64,000 nucleotides of DNA from an uncultured Chloroflexia bacterium. Lineage in GTDB: Bacteria > Chloroflexota > Chloroflexia > Thermomicrobiales > UBA6265. This document shows positions 1 to 10,143 of this stretch, piece by piece. A program made the translations under genes and the position numbers. The notes below the pieces were generated by a model. That model was not told the origin of the DNA, did no database searches, and was given only the letters and a program-made list of their open reading frames with translations. Where the stretch lies: contig CAVRUC010000007.1 in the NCBI GenBank assembly GCA_963724295.1, forward strand, positions 256,001 to 320,000, in the 5' to 3' direction. Every line of letters starts with the position of its first letter. The first letter of the stretch is position 1.

Positions 1-1012
1 GATTGGACGAATCTCGTCGGTGCGCCGGCCGTCAGGGCGCATTCCATCCTGGAGGATGCTGCTTCGCACCTCCTCCTTCAGGATCGACCTCGAATGCATC
101 CACGATCTCTTTCGAAATGAGTGGAACACTGTCTTCGTCTCCCGGTGCCGCGAGCTGAGCGAGCAACTCTTCGCGAAGGTTGGATGTGCCCTCGAGCCGC
201 AGTACTTTGTCGGGGTTGTTGATCGTGGCCCGGAGGCGATCACCGAGAAAGTCCCGGACTCTCGATTCCACGGATTCGTTTGCCGCCGGTGGCTCAAAGG
301 TCCACTTCTCTTTCCCGGCTTGCCGTTGCAGCTCGAGTTGGAGCTCTACGATGCGACGGATCTCGTCGTGGGCGCGCTCGATACCTGCGACGAGCGTCTC
401 CTCGGAGACCTGATCCGACTCTCCCTCGACCATCATGATGGCGTCGTGCGTGCCCGCCACGACCATGTCGAGCGTGCTATTTGCGAGATCGGACTCCGTC
501 GGATTGATCACGATCTGACCGTCGACGTAGCCGACCCGAACCGCGCCAATCGGCCCGTCCCAGGGGATCTGCGAGAGCGTCAATGCCGCCGAGGCGCCAT
601 TGATCGAGAGGATATCGGGGTCGTTTTCCTGGTCAGCGGACATCACCGTGGTGATGACTTGCACCTCGGACTTGTATCCCTTGGGAAACAAAGGCCGGAT
701 CGGTCTGTCGGTCAAGCGAGCGGCCAGTGTCGCCGCTTCGGTCGGTCTACCTTCTCGCTTGATGAACCCCCCGGGGATCTTCCCCGCGGCGTACATTCGC
801 TCTTCATACTCGACGGTCAGGGGAAAGAAGCCAACGGACGCATTGGGCTCGCGCTCGCCGACGACCGTGGTGAGCACCGTCGAGTCGCCGTAGCGGACGA
901 CGGCCGCACCGTCGGCTTGCTGGGCGACGAGTCCTGTTTCGAACGAGAGCGTACGGCCCGCAAGGTCCATTTCCACGCGAAAAACATCGGGCCGATTATT
1001 GCTTTGCATCAT
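1..1012 (-). CDS. pnp: Polyribonucleotide nucleotidyltransferase (PNPase), 5' part; runs off the window start; apparent 1-nt frameshift near 89
   Basis: Motifs FFPLTVEYEERMYAAGKIPGGFIKREGRP and RLTDRPIRPLFP. Removing one base near 89 restores ...FESILKEEVRSSILQDGMRPDGRRTDEIRPI. Lies downstream of rpsO. Confidence 0.95.
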
Positions 1013-1060
1013 CCGTTCCTTTCGCTTTACAGATAAGATTGTGCTGATTCAACGGCGGTT

Positions 1061-1163
1061 GCCAGGCCAGGATGCGTACTGCCGCCATGAGGAACTGGAG
1101 TCTGGCCACCGTTGGCGCTGACCAGACTCCAATACCTCACGCGGTCACGTGCTCCTCGCAGGC
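1061..1163 (-). promoter_or_regulatory. Long imperfect hairpin in the pnp leader (candidate RNase III processing site)
   Basis: Nested inverted repeats GGAGTCTGG/CCAGACTCC, TGAGG/CCTCA and GCCGC/GCGGT between rpsO and pnp. Confidence 0.55.
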
Positions 1164-1230
1164 TTTAGGTTGGTTCTTGCGTTGCCTCCTTTCATTTGCT
1201 GTGCGACCGACCCAATCGCGCGCGACGAAA

Positions 1231-1257
1231 TGGTCCAGAGCCAAGGGCCCTGGACCA
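1231..1257 (-). terminator. Hairpin downstream of rpsO
   Basis: TGGTCCAG...CTGGACCA inverted repeat followed by TTT on the minus strand. Confidence 0.4.
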
Positions 1258-1318
1258 TGAGTGATGCTCAGTGCACTGGCAGAACGTGCGATGGATCTCG
1301 ATGCGACTCGCCGCCACG

Positions 1319-1588
1319 CTACTTGCGAAGTCCGAGCCGAGCAATCGTGGTGCGGTATCGCTCGACATCCTTGTTGGCAAGATACGCCAGCAACCGGCGC
1401 CGCTGCCCAACTAGCTTGAGAAGCCCTCTCCGGGAGTGAAAGTCGTGCTTATGCTCGCGCAGGTGGTCGGTAAGTCCGTTGATTCGCTCGGTTAGGAGAG
1501 CAATTTGAACCTCAGGAGAACCGGTATCATCGGCATGCGTGCGAAATTCGGTGATGATCGTCGTTTTTTGCTCGGTTTGCAGCGCCAT
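1319..1588 (-). CDS. rpsO: 30S ribosomal protein S15
   Basis: MALQTEQK...[17 protein letters not shown]...[22 protein letters not shown]; 89 aa. Confidence 0.98.
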   Translation of the reverse strand: MALQTEQKTTIITEFRTHADDTGSPEVQIALLTERINGLTDHLREHKHDFHSRRGLLKLVGQRRRLLAYLANKDVERYRTTIARLGLRK

Positions 1589-1756
1589 ACCTGAAGATCC
1601 CTCTCTGGAAAGATACGTTTGCAGACACAAAAAAACCGCACTCGTGAGAGCACTCAACCGGCAGAGTATAGCATTAGGAACGATGCCCGATCGTTGCGGG
1701 GGCACGGAACGGATCGCCGGACCCCTGCTCATTTCAATTGAAGGAACCACGTTGGC

Positions 1757-2614
1757 ATGTTAGCCGTCATCGGCGGAAGCGGGATCTACGATCTGGAAGA
1801 AACGTTAGCGGGTGAAATCGTCACCCGTGACACACCGTTTGGCTCGCCCAGTGGTCCCGTGTACAAGGCGAGGATTGGCGAGACCGACGTCCTCTTTTTG
1901 GCTCGGCACGGAGCCAGCCATGTCTACTCACCCACGACGGTTCCGTATCGCGCGAATGTGTTTGCACTCAAGCAACTTGGCGCCACACATCTCCTCAGCC
2001 TCAGCGCCGTGGGAAGCCTGCGCGAGGAACTCTCCCCGAGAACCCTCGTGATGCCGGACCAGATAATCGATCGAACGGTCTCGCGCGAGCGTACATTTTT
2101 CGACTCGGGCGTCGTGGTTCACGTCGGCATCGCCGACCCTTTTTGCTCTGAGTTCCGTAATGCTTTGGCCCAAGCCGCAGATCGGTCGCGCCGGGAAGCA
2201 TGGAGTGACGGCACATACATCTGTATCGAGGGCCCTCAGTTCTCGACCCGCGCGGAGTCGAATCTCTACCGCTCATGGGGCGCCTCGATCATCGGCATGA
2301 CCGCAATGCCGGAAGCCCGGCTTGCTCGCGAAGCAGGACTCTGCTACGCGATGATCGCCATGGTGACTGATTACGACGTCTGGCACGACAGCGAGGAAGA
2401 CGTCAGCGTCGAAGTGGTGGCTTCCAATCTCCAAGCCAACAGCGAGGCGGCCCGCGCGATCGTCAAGCAGCTCGCCGGCGGCGGGCTTCCAGCGCGGACG
2501 TGTTCGTGCAAGTCGGCATTGAGCGATGCGATCATGACGGCCCGCGTCGACATCCCCGTCAACGCATTGAACTGGATGCGCGTACTTACTGGCGAACTGC
2601 CCGGCACCGATTGA
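1757..2614 (+). CDS. mtnP: S-methyl-5'-thioadenosine phosphorylase
   Basis: Motifs [35 protein letters not shown]. Confidence 0.92.
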   Translation: MLAVIGGSGIYDLEETLAGEIVTRDTPFGSPSGPVYKARIGETDVLFLARHGASHVYSPTTVPYRANVFALKQLGATHLLSLSAVGSLREELSPRTLVMPDQIIDRTVSRERTFFDSGVVVHVGIADPFCSEFRNALAQAADRSRREAWSDGTYICIEGPQFSTRAESNLYRSWGASIIGMTAMPEARLAREAGLCYAMIAMVTDYDVWHDSEEDVSVEVVASNLQANSEAARAIVKQLAGGGLPARTCSCKSALSDAIMTARVDIPVNALNWMRVLTGELPGTD

Positions 2615-4021
2615 GCACGCGCTTGGATAAGGCCCGCAGGACGCTCCTGATTCTTCTGCCCGCACTCACGTTGGTCGTGGGCATCGGCGTTGCTGAGCTC
2701 GGGGCTGGGCAGGACCGTTCGATAGGGCCCAATGAAGCCGTAGCGATTGGGGCGGCCGCAATCGGTCCTCTGATCGCGGTGCTTGCGCTCGTCGCAGTCA
2801 AGCACGACGTCGACTTGCTCCTCGTGGCGACTGCCGGGATGCTCACGAGCATTGGCACGACGGCGCTCTTCTCGCTCTCGTTGAACTCTGGAGCGAACGG
2901 TGCGTTCTTCCAGGCCATCGTGGTGCGGCATGCATTCTTTGTTGGCGCAGGGTTCCTGGCGTTTGTTGCGGGCGCGCTGCTTTCTCCGTATCTGGATCGA
3001 ATCAGGAGCTTTCCCTTCACGCTTTTGGTCATCGCGCTCCTGCTCACCCTGGCGACCATCATGGTGGGCGAAGCAGTGAACGGAGCGCGGTTGTGGCTCA
3101 AAGTCGGACCGGTCCAGTTTCAACCGTCAGAGCTCGCCCGTTTGCTCCTGGCGGCATTCGTCGCGATCTACCTCTATGAGCGCCGCTATCTCGTCGCCGC
3201 ACCTTGGCGGGTCGGCTCACTTGATTTGCCACCCGCGCCGTATCTTCTCCCGCTGGTCGGTGCCGTACTCGCCGCAGTCGCTGTACTCGTCTTGCAGAAC
3301 GACCTGGGAATGGCCGCCCTCGTTGTGCTTGGCGCATACGCGTCGGTCGCCAGCCTGTTGAGCTCAAAGTCATCGCTTCGGCTCGGCCGCTGCCATCCTC
3401 GTTGCTGCGGCCGTTGCATCATTTGCGGCGTCGCCCAGAGTGCGTGAACGCGTTGCCGCGTGGTTGGAGCCCTGGATCGATCCAGCTGGACGTGGTTTCC
3501 AGTTTGTCCAGGCCGAGTTCGGTTTGGCGGCGGGGGGTGTCTTCGGGAAGGGCGTGGCAAGCACGGCGAGTAGGGTGCCCGAGGTCCATACGGACTTTAT
3601 TCTGGTCGCGGTCGCAATTCAATGGGGCTGGGCCGGAGCGGTCGCGGTGCTGGCGCTGGCCGGCATAATCGTCTGCCGATGTGTTGCCGCAGCGTTGCGC
3701 GCCTCCGACGGTTTTCGCTCCCTAATGGCGCTGAGCATTTCCGCTTTGCTCGGTATTCAGGTGCTCCTGATCTGCGGTGGAACCTTGCGACTCTTGCCAT
3801 TGACCGGGCTCACACTGCCACTGGTTTCGTCTGGAGGCACCTCGATGGTGGCAACTCTCTTCGCGCTCGGGATCGTGTCGGGGATTGGAGTGTCGGCACC
3901 GAGGCGCACCGCAAGATCTCACGGAATGGCTCAGGATCGAGGTGCCTCGCCAATGCCACCTGAATGCACGGGCCACGCGGAGGCGTTGCCACCCATCCCC
4001 AACAATATCTACACTGATTGA
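2611..4021 (+). CDS. FtsW/RodA/SpoVE (SEDS) family membrane protein; apparent frameshift near 3378
   Basis: VNGARLWLKVGPVQFQPSE and QNDLG in the first frame; PEVHTDFI and LPLTGLTLPLVSSGGTS in the second frame. Confidence 0.85.
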
Positions 4022-4134
4022 GACCGGCAGCGAGAATCGCGGTATCTCCGGGTCGATGCCCGAGCGCCCAGCCAATGGAGCTATTGCCCACGGTGGAGCG
4101 TCCAGGCCGCCGTCAAGGCCCGTCGCGAAACAGC

Positions 4135-4791
4135 ATGCCGCGGGTAGACGTGCGGGTCGTATTGTTTACCGTTAGAGATCGGCGTCTGTTGATCGCACTC
4201 CAGGAGCGAGGCGGTTGCCAATCGCTGCCGCGTCGCGACCCGACGTTCAATGTGAGCTTCGATGTGGCAGCGATCCACATTCTAGACGACGAAATCGGCA
4301 CGAGAGAGCGTTATCAGGAGCAGCTCTACTCGATCTCGCACGGCTCGGAAGGCGATTGGACCGTAACCGTGACATGCCTCGCACTCGCTCTCAATGGGGC
4401 CGCTGAATCCGCGAGCAACTCAACCGCTTGGTTCAGCCCCAGCGTGCCAGTCGGGCTACAGCATGTGGACCGGATGATCGTCGACTATGCTCTTGTCCGC
4501 CTGCGAGCCAAACTCGGATACACCGCCATCGCGTTTCATCTGCTTCCGTGGAGTTTCACGCTGAGCGAAGTACAAACGGTCTACGAAGCCGTGCTTGGCC
4601 GCGAAGTCGACAAGCGGAACTTTCGCCGCAGGATCCATGCGACGGGGCTCCTTGAAGGAACCGGCGAGTCACGGCGCGAGGGCAGCCACCGGCCGGCTCG
4701 CCTCTACCGGTTGCGGAGCATTGACCACGCTGAGACGTATTTGACGCCAACCTGGGCGGCCCAGCCAGAACTGAAGGCGGCAAACCGGTGA
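4135..4791 (+). CDS. nrtR: NrtR family Nudix-related transcriptional regulator (start uncertain)
   Basis: C-terminal wHTH signature FTLSEVQTVYEAVLGREVDKRNFRRRI...RPARLY; degenerate Nudix N-terminus; overlaps nadK. Confidence 0.85.
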   Translation: MPRVDVRVVLFTVRDRRLLIALQERGGCQSLPRRDPTFNVSFDVAAIHILDDEIGTRERYQEQLYSISHGSEGDWTVTVTCLALALNGAAESASNSTAWFSPSVPVGLQHVDRMIVDYALVRLRAKLGYTAIAFHLLPWSFTLSEVQTVYEAVLGREVDKRNFRRRIHATGLLEGTGESRREGSHRPARLYRLRSIDHAETYLTPTWAAQPELKAANR

Positions 4792-5777
4792 GCACCTCCA
4801 CGGTGACGCACCTGGCTCCAGCAGCAGACTCCGACGTCACCAAGCCGCAACGAGTGGGACTTATCGCCGCGCGAAGCAAGGCCGAAGCGCAAGGGCTTTC
4901 GGCAAGCGTCGCCCGCGCGCTTGACGCCGCCGGCGCCGAGGTCATCAGCGAGGAGAATCTGGCATCCGGGGGACACGAGTCGGTTGACGCAATCGTTGTG
5001 CTCGGCGGCGACGGCCTGATGATTCGCGCCGCGAATACCTATCCGGAAATTCCACTGCTCGGGATCAACTTCGGAAACGTCGGATTCCTCGCGCTCATCG
5101 AGCGACGGGACTGGCCGCGCGCCATCGACGCCTTGCTCGCCGGCGAGTACGCGGTGCAACAGGGTTCAACGCTGCAAGCAACACTGATCCGGGAAGGATC
5201 GAGCGTTCCCCAGGGTTGGGCGATCAATGACGTCGTCGTTCGTTCCGGCATGCGTATGGTCGATATCGAGATCTATATCGACGGCCACTACGTCAATACG
5301 TATCCGGGCGACGGCATGATCGTCGCGACGCCGCACGGCAGCACGGCGTACTGCATGGCCGCGGGCGGACCGATCCTGACTGCCGGAGTCAAGGGCTTTG
5401 CCATCGTTCCCATCTCGTGCCACAGCCCGATTCGAACGCCGTTCGTGGTGTCTGAAGATGCGACCATCGAAATGGTCGTGGCCAACGATCATGACGCGGC
5501 GCTCATCCTCGACGGGCGGGAGCAGACGCATTTGGAGCGGTGGGACATCATTCGGGTCTCGCGCGGTGAGCACGCGTTCAAGCTCGTTACGCTCGAGTCG
5601 ACGAACTTTTACGAAGCGTTCCGGACGAAGTTCAATTTCCGGATCCGGCCCGATGCCATCCCCAGTCGGGACACTGCCGATAACACGAATGGCAGTCCTG
5701 CCGGCGCGTTGAGCCAGCATGCCGGTGAAACGTCCGGGGCTCGGGAACCCGGGCCGGGTCGAGTTGGGCGTGACTGA
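4788..5777 (+). CDS. nadK: NAD(+) kinase
   Basis: Motifs LGGDG, GINFGNVGFL, AINDV, DGMIVATPHGSTAY, AGGP. Confidence 0.95.
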   Translation: MSTSTVTHLAPAADSDVTKPQRVGLIAARSKAEAQGLSASVARALDAAGAEVISEENLASGGHESVDAIVVLGGDGLMIRAANTYPEIPLLGINFGNVGFLALIERRDWPRAIDALLAGEYAVQQGSTLQATLIREGSSVPQGWAINDVVVRSGMRMVDIEIYIDGHYVNTYPGDGMIVATPHGSTAYCMAAGGPILTAGVKGFAIVPISCHSPIRTPFVVSEDATIEMVVANDHDAALILDGREQTHLERWDIIRVSRGEHAFKLVTLESTNFYEAFRTKFNFRIRPDAIPSRDTADNTNGSPAGALSQHAGETSGAREPGPGRVGRD

Positions 5778-6009
5778 CGACAGGTGGATTTCGGACCGGA
5801 AAACTGACGCCATTGGCAGTGAAACAGGCGCCGCTGCGGCGGCGTTGGAGCCGTGGGTTGTCGAATTACTTGCCTGCCCGGTGGACCGAGGTGCAGTCCG
5901 GCTCGACCAAACTGAGCTCGTTTGCGTTCAGTGCGGTCGCCGCTATCCAGTGATATCCGGCATCCCGCGGATGGTCCCAGACCGGGAGCCAGGAGAACAA
6001 GAGTTCTAA
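5770..6009 (+). CDS. Trm112 family protein
   Basis: ELLACPVDRG...LVCVQCGRRYPVISGIPRM. Confidence 0.85.
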   Translation: MTDDRWISDRKTDAIGSETGAAAAALEPWVVELLACPVDRGAVRLDQTELVCVQCGRRYPVISGIPRMVPDREPGEQEF

Positions 6010-6030
6010 TTGCTCTGCTATACTGAGCGC

Positions 6031-7122
6031 ATGGTTCGAGAGGCAAATCCCGCCATACGCAGTAGTTCCGAGCTTCGTCCGGCACCGGATCGAGCCGTAA
6101 CGCCACGCCAGCTCGTCGAAGACGTGCCGGTGGAGCGCAGCCTGCGGCCGCGACGGTTGACCGAGTACATCGGCCAGGAACGCGTCAAAGAAACGCTGCA
6201 GATCTTCATCGATGCCGCGAAACAACGCGGCGAATCTCTTGACCACGTGTTGCTCTATGGTCCACCGGGTCTCGGCAAGACCACCCTGGCGGCAATCATC
6301 GCCGTCGAGATGGGTGTCAGCCTGCGCATCACCTCGGGTCCCGCCATCGAACGGCAAGGCGATCTGGTATCGATCCTGACGAATCTCAAGGCCGGCGACG
6401 TTCTTTTTATCGACGAGATACACCGTCTCAACCGTGCGGTTGAGGAAGTGCTGTATTCCGCGATGGAAGACTTCGCCGTCGATATCGTTCTCGGCAAAGG
6501 GCCTGCAGCCCGGACGATGCGGATCAATCTGCCCAGGTTCAGCCTGGTTGGCGCTACGACCCGTCTCGCGTTGCTTACCGGGCCGTTACGCGACCGATTC
6601 GGGTCCGTACTGCGACTTGACTTTTACAGTGACGCCGCCATGGAAGAAATCGTGCTGCGGTCCGCTGCTGTACTCGACGTGCCGATTTCGGCGGACGGCG
6701 CCAGAGCATTGGCACTCCGCGCCCGGGGCACGCCTCGAGTCGCAAACCGGCTGCTGAAACGGGCGCGGGACTTCGCGGAGGTGCGCGGCCAAGGGTCGAT
6801 CACGGATCAAATCGCCGCCGATGCGCTTGACATGCTCGATATCGATCATCTCGGACTCGACGACATCGACCGCCGCATTCTGCGCTCGATTGTAGAGAAA
6901 TTCGGCGGTGGTCCGGTCGGCATCGAGACGTTGGCGGCGGCAATCAGTGAGGAAACCGACACCGTCATGGACGTCTACGAGCCGTATCTCATCCAGCTCG
7001 GTTTCCTGCAGCGGACTCCGCGCGGCCGAATTGCTACCGAGGGCGCCTATGCCCACCTGGGCATCAAGGCACCGGCTATCTTCAACCAGCAGCCGGCTCT
7101 CTTCGGCGGGGCGAAAGGTTGA
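6031..7122 (+). CDS. ruvB: Holliday junction branch migration helicase RuvB
   Basis: [37 protein letters not shown]; TGnTATACT 6 nt upstream of the ATG. Confidence 0.98.
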   Translation: MVREANPAIRSSSELRPAPDRAVTPRQLVEDVPVERSLRPRRLTEYIGQERVKETLQIFIDAAKQRGESLDHVLLYGPPGLGKTTLAAIIAVEMGVSLRITSGPAIERQGDLVSILTNLKAGDVLFIDEIHRLNRAVEEVLYSAMEDFAVDIVLGKGPAARTMRINLPRFSLVGATTRLALLTGPLRDRFGSVLRLDFYSDAAMEEIVLRSAAVLDVPISADGARALALRARGTPRVANRLLKRARDFAEVRGQGSITDQIAADALDMLDIDHLGLDDIDRRILRSIVEKFGGGPVGIETLAAAISEETDTVMDVYEPYLIQLGFLQRTPRGRIATEGAYAHLGIKAPAIFNQQPALFGGAKG

Positions 7123-8198
7123 GCCAAGTCGCGGTTCTCCCAAGTATGGGTTCGGGTCTTCAAACCGCGGATTTCGACTATTTTTTGCCAACCGAGCTCA
7201 TCGCCCAAGAGCCTTTGCCGCGCCGCGACGATTCGCGGCTGCTTGTGCTCGACCGGAATTCGGGAGCGATCCACCACTCGAAATTCAGGAGCCTTGCTGA
7301 CTTTCTGGCGCCCGGCGATCTTTTCGTGGCCAACAATAGTCGAGTTATTCCGGCGCGACTCCGTGGGGTGCGCCTCCGGACCGGGGGCGCGGTCGAGGTC
7401 CTGCTCTTGAGGCGAAGTAGCGAGGGCACATGGAGTGCGCTCGCCAAGCCGGCGAAGCGTCTCAAGCGTGGTGACCGGGTGGGATTTGCTCCGCGCACGC
7501 CTGGCACACCTGGGGCGACAGCCATCGTCGAAGAAAACCTCGGCGATGGAGAGCTACTGCTTCGCTTCGGCGAGCAAGCGGACGAGCGGCTCGAGGCCTA
7601 CGGAGAGCTTCCAATCCCGCCCTATATCAGGAGCGTGCCAGAGGACCCGACCCGGTACCAAACCGTTTATGCGGCTTTGCCCGGGTCTGCCGCCGCCCCC
7701 ACGGCCGGTTTGCACTTCACGCCCGATTTGATCGAGGATCTCCGGCGAAAGGGTTTCGGTTGGGCCGAGGTTACGCTTCACGTCGGACTAGATACATTTC
7801 GCCCGATCACCGCCGATCGTGTCGCCGACCATCGCATTCACCAGGAATGGTGCGACGTCTCGGCCACCACGGCGGAGGCAATCGCGGCATGCCGGAGCCG
7901 CGGAGGCCGTGTCGTCGCGGTCGGCACAACTGTCGCCAGAACGCTTGAAACGCTCGGGGAAAGCTGGCGAGACGATGCACCAGCCGGATTCTCGGGGTTT
8001 ACCACGACGTTCATCGTGCCGGGGCATCACTGGAAGCTTGTCGATGCCCTGCTGACGAACTTTCATCTGCCGCGCTCGACGTTGCTCATGCTCGTCAGCG
8101 CGCTTGCCGGAAAGGAGGCAATCTTGGAGGCGTATGCCGAAGCAATTCGGAATCGGTACCGCTTCTATTCGTTCGGTGACGCGATGTTGATTCGATGA
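7119..8198 (+). CDS. queA: S-adenosylmethionine:tRNA ribosyltransferase-isomerase
   Basis: [41 protein letters not shown]. Confidence 0.97.
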   Translation: MSQVAVLPSMGSGLQTADFDYFLPTELIAQEPLPRRDDSRLLVLDRNSGAIHHSKFRSLADFLAPGDLFVANNSRVIPARLRGVRLRTGGAVEVLLLRRSSEGTWSALAKPAKRLKRGDRVGFAPRTPGTPGATAIVEENLGDGELLLRFGEQADERLEAYGELPIPPYIRSVPEDPTRYQTVYAALPGSAAAPTAGLHFTPDLIEDLRRKGFGWAEVTLHVGLDTFRPITADRVADHRIHQEWCDVSATTAEAIAACRSRGGRVVAVGTTVARTLETLGESWRDDAPAGFSGFTTTFIVPGHHWKLVDALLTNFHLPRSTLLMLVSALAGKEAILEAYAEAIRNRYRFYSFGDAMLIR

Positions 8199-8965
8199 CG
8201 AGAGTCGAGCTCAAGATGATTCGACAACGACAAGTGGTCGACGGCGAAGGCAGACTTCGCGCGAGGGGAGTTCAGTTGGTCGCTGTCGTGCTGCCCCTGG
8301 CGCTCCTTTCCGCAGGCTGTGGCGCCTCGCCGCCTATGCAAATTGTTTCTGTCGGCACCCCGAACGCTGTCACGGCTAGCCGCGACCAAGAGGGGGCCTG
8401 TTGGACCGATGAGCAGCGAATAGAAGGAGACGATTCGATGTCACAGCAGTACAGCGCGCAACCGGCCATGCGGATCGATCCGGCGAAGACCTATTCAGGG
8501 AGCCTTGAGACGAACAAGGGTTCGATTCAGGTCGAGCTCTTTCCCGAAGACGCTCCCGTAACGGTCAACAACTTCGTCTGTCTCGCAGAGGACGGCTACT
8601 TCAACAATACGCCGTTCCATCGCATCGTCAAAGGATTTGTCATTCAAGGCGGCGATCCGACTGGTACCGGGTCCGGCGGACCAGGATACAAGTTCGCGGA
8701 CGAGCCGGTAACCAGGGATTACGAGCGCGGAACGCTGGCGATGGCAAATGCGGGTCCGAACACGAACGGAAGCCAGTTTTTCATCGTGCTTGACGATCTT
8801 CGCGGTAAGCTGCCAAAGAATTACACGATCTTCGGACGAGTCACCGGGGGCATGGACGTCGTCGACGCAATCGCAAACACGCCGACGCGCACCGGGCGAA
8901 GTGGTGAGAACTCGAATCCCACTGAGCCCGTCACCCTCGAGAACGTGAGCATCTCGGAGTCCTGA
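8195..8965 (+). CDS. Cyclophilin-type peptidyl-prolyl cis-trans isomerase, probable lipoprotein (start uncertain)
   Basis: FHRIVKGFVIQGGDPTGTG and AMANAGPNTNGSQFF; hydrophobic stretch with LSAGC lipobox. Confidence 0.9.
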   Translation: MTRVELKMIRQRQVVDGEGRLRARGVQLVAVVLPLALLSAGCGASPPMQIVSVGTPNAVTASRDQEGACWTDEQRIEGDDSMSQQYSAQPAMRIDPAKTYSGSLETNKGSIQVELFPEDAPVTVNNFVCLAEDGYFNNTPFHRIVKGFVIQGGDPTGTGSGGPGYKFADEPVTRDYERGTLAMANAGPNTNGSQFFIVLDDLRGKLPKNYTIFGRVTGGMDVVDAIANTPTRTGRSGENSNPTEPVTLENVSISES

Positions 8966-9002
8966 GAGCCGAGATTCTATTGTCCGCGCGATCGGCGGAC
9001 AC

Positions 9003-9044
9003 AGAACAGCAGGGCTGGCCATGCGTCGCCAGCCCTGCTGTTCT
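9003..9044. terminator. Bidirectional terminator-like hairpin between convergent genes
   Basis: Perfect 17-bp stem AGAACAGCAGGGCTGGC/GCCAGCCCTGCTGTTCT. Confidence 0.75.
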
Positions 9045-9048
9045 AACG

Positions 9049-9270
9049 TCAGGCCGCCTGCTCGAGCTCGCGGCAAACGTCCTCATATTCGCTGAGCAGC
9101 CGCAGCCAGAATGATTCCCACTCTGACACATCCGCGCCACTCAGGACCGCCTGACCGATGCGCTGGTAGCCATCATCGAGACGATCTTCAAGCGTCCTGC
9201 GACGGGCGTCAAGGTCTATGCTCGGCAACGACGAAGACAGGAACTCGACCGGATGACATGCGTCCGACAC
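9049..9270 (-). CDS. Small acidic helical hypothetical protein, co-transcribed with the SSAP-like gene
   Basis: Strong RBS AAGGAGG before GTG; 73 aa; followed by a terminator hairpin. Confidence 0.7.
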   Translation of the reverse strand: MSDACHPVEFLSSSLPSIDLDARRRTLEDRLDDGYQRIGQAVLSGADVSEWESFWLRLLSEYEDVCRELEQAA

Positions 9271-9290
9271 TGCTGATCCTCCTTCGTTCG

Positions 9291-9920
9291 CTATGACGCG
9301 AGTTGAGAACCACCGGACTGGGACTGAATGATGTCGATCAGGGACGACGCATCGCGCCGGCTCAACGCCGCGGCCAGGACGCCAAACTCCTGCTTGGCGC
9401 GCTCGTCCAGGGCCGCCCCATCGAGACCTGCCTCTCTCGCAACGGCTTGAAGGTAACGAAGTTGTCGCTGTGTAGCCGGCTGATCAGGTCCAATTGCCGC
9501 CACGGAAGCGGTTTCTTGCCGGTCAGGACTTGCGTTCGCACCCGAACGCGCGGGCGTTTTCACTGGAGAGTCGACCACCCGGCCAACGGCGGCGCCGAAC
9601 TCAAAGTCCGGGCAGAATTGCGTCCCGAAACCGAGCGCGGCGAGGGCACGCCCGATCGCTTTGGTCTCCGCTTTCTCCAGGTAGTCCCTGAAGTCGCCGG
9701 CTGATTCGCTGCCCCAGCCGGTTGCAGATCCACCACCCGGAATCGACACCATGGCGCGAAAGACCGCAGTGTTGTCATTGTGAGACATCAACTCTGTCTC
9801 AATCGTCGCATCGGGGTGCTGGTCGCGCATCCAGACCAAGCGCCACTTCACTTCAAGGTAGTCCGACCCACTGATGCGGGTCAGATGTCGGGCCGGCTCG
9901 AACGGGGTCGTCACAGACAT
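9291..9920 (-). CDS. Rad52/Sak-like single-strand annealing protein (putative)
   Basis: YLEVKWRLVWMRDQHP...ATGWGSE...LEKAETKAIGRALAALGFG; C-terminal ATQRQLRYL/LSRRDASSLID helical domain; RBS GGAGG. Confidence 0.7.
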   Translation of the reverse strand: MSVTTPFEPARHLTRISGSDYLEVKWRLVWMRDQHPDATIETELMSHNDNTAVFRAMVSIPGGGSATGWGSESAGDFRDYLEKAETKAIGRALAALGFGTQFCPDFEFGAAVGRVVDSPVKTPARSGANASPDRQETASVAAIGPDQPATQRQLRYLQAVAREAGLDGAALDERAKQEFGVLAAALSRRDASSLIDIIQSQSGGSQLAS

Positions 9921-9936
9921 TGGGTTCCTCCGTCTA

Positions 9937-9952
9937 TAGAACTTTTGTTCTA
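9937..9952. promoter_or_regulatory. LexA (SOS/Cheo-type) operator
   Basis: TAGAAC-TTTT-GTTCTA palindrome matching GAAC-N4-GTTC, just downstream of the promoter. Confidence 0.8.
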
Positions 9953-9959
9953 ATAATGA

Positions 9960-9988
9960 ATTGTAGAGTGTGCGCTCACCTCTGTCAA
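9960..9988 (-). promoter_or_regulatory. Near-consensus sigma70 promoter of the SSAP-like gene
   Basis: TTGACA-N17-TACAAT on the minus strand. Confidence 0.85.
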
Positions 9989-10143
9989 GACGTCAAGGAG
10001 ACAGATATGACTGGCCGTGCCGATGATCGCCCAGTTGCGAGGACCCTGAAGAGCATTACTCCCTGGCCAGCGGACGCCGCGACCTTGGATGCTATACTCG
10101 CTCAAGGTGTGTACGGACAGTCGTAGTAAGCGGGTGGGTCGAG

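Noticed and set aside
80..95. Frameshift in pnp (similar ones in SEDS ~3378, galE ~33638, DUF2298 ~40375, cysM ~52939/53025, tsaC ~56648) as programmed recoding or pseudogenisation
   Set aside because: Isolated small indels, several in short homopolymers, in otherwise intact core genes, with no slippery heptamers; most likely long-read assembly errors
9921..10143. oriC upstream of dnaN
   Set aside because: No TTATCCACA boxes; the AT-rich patch is explained by the promoter and LexA box
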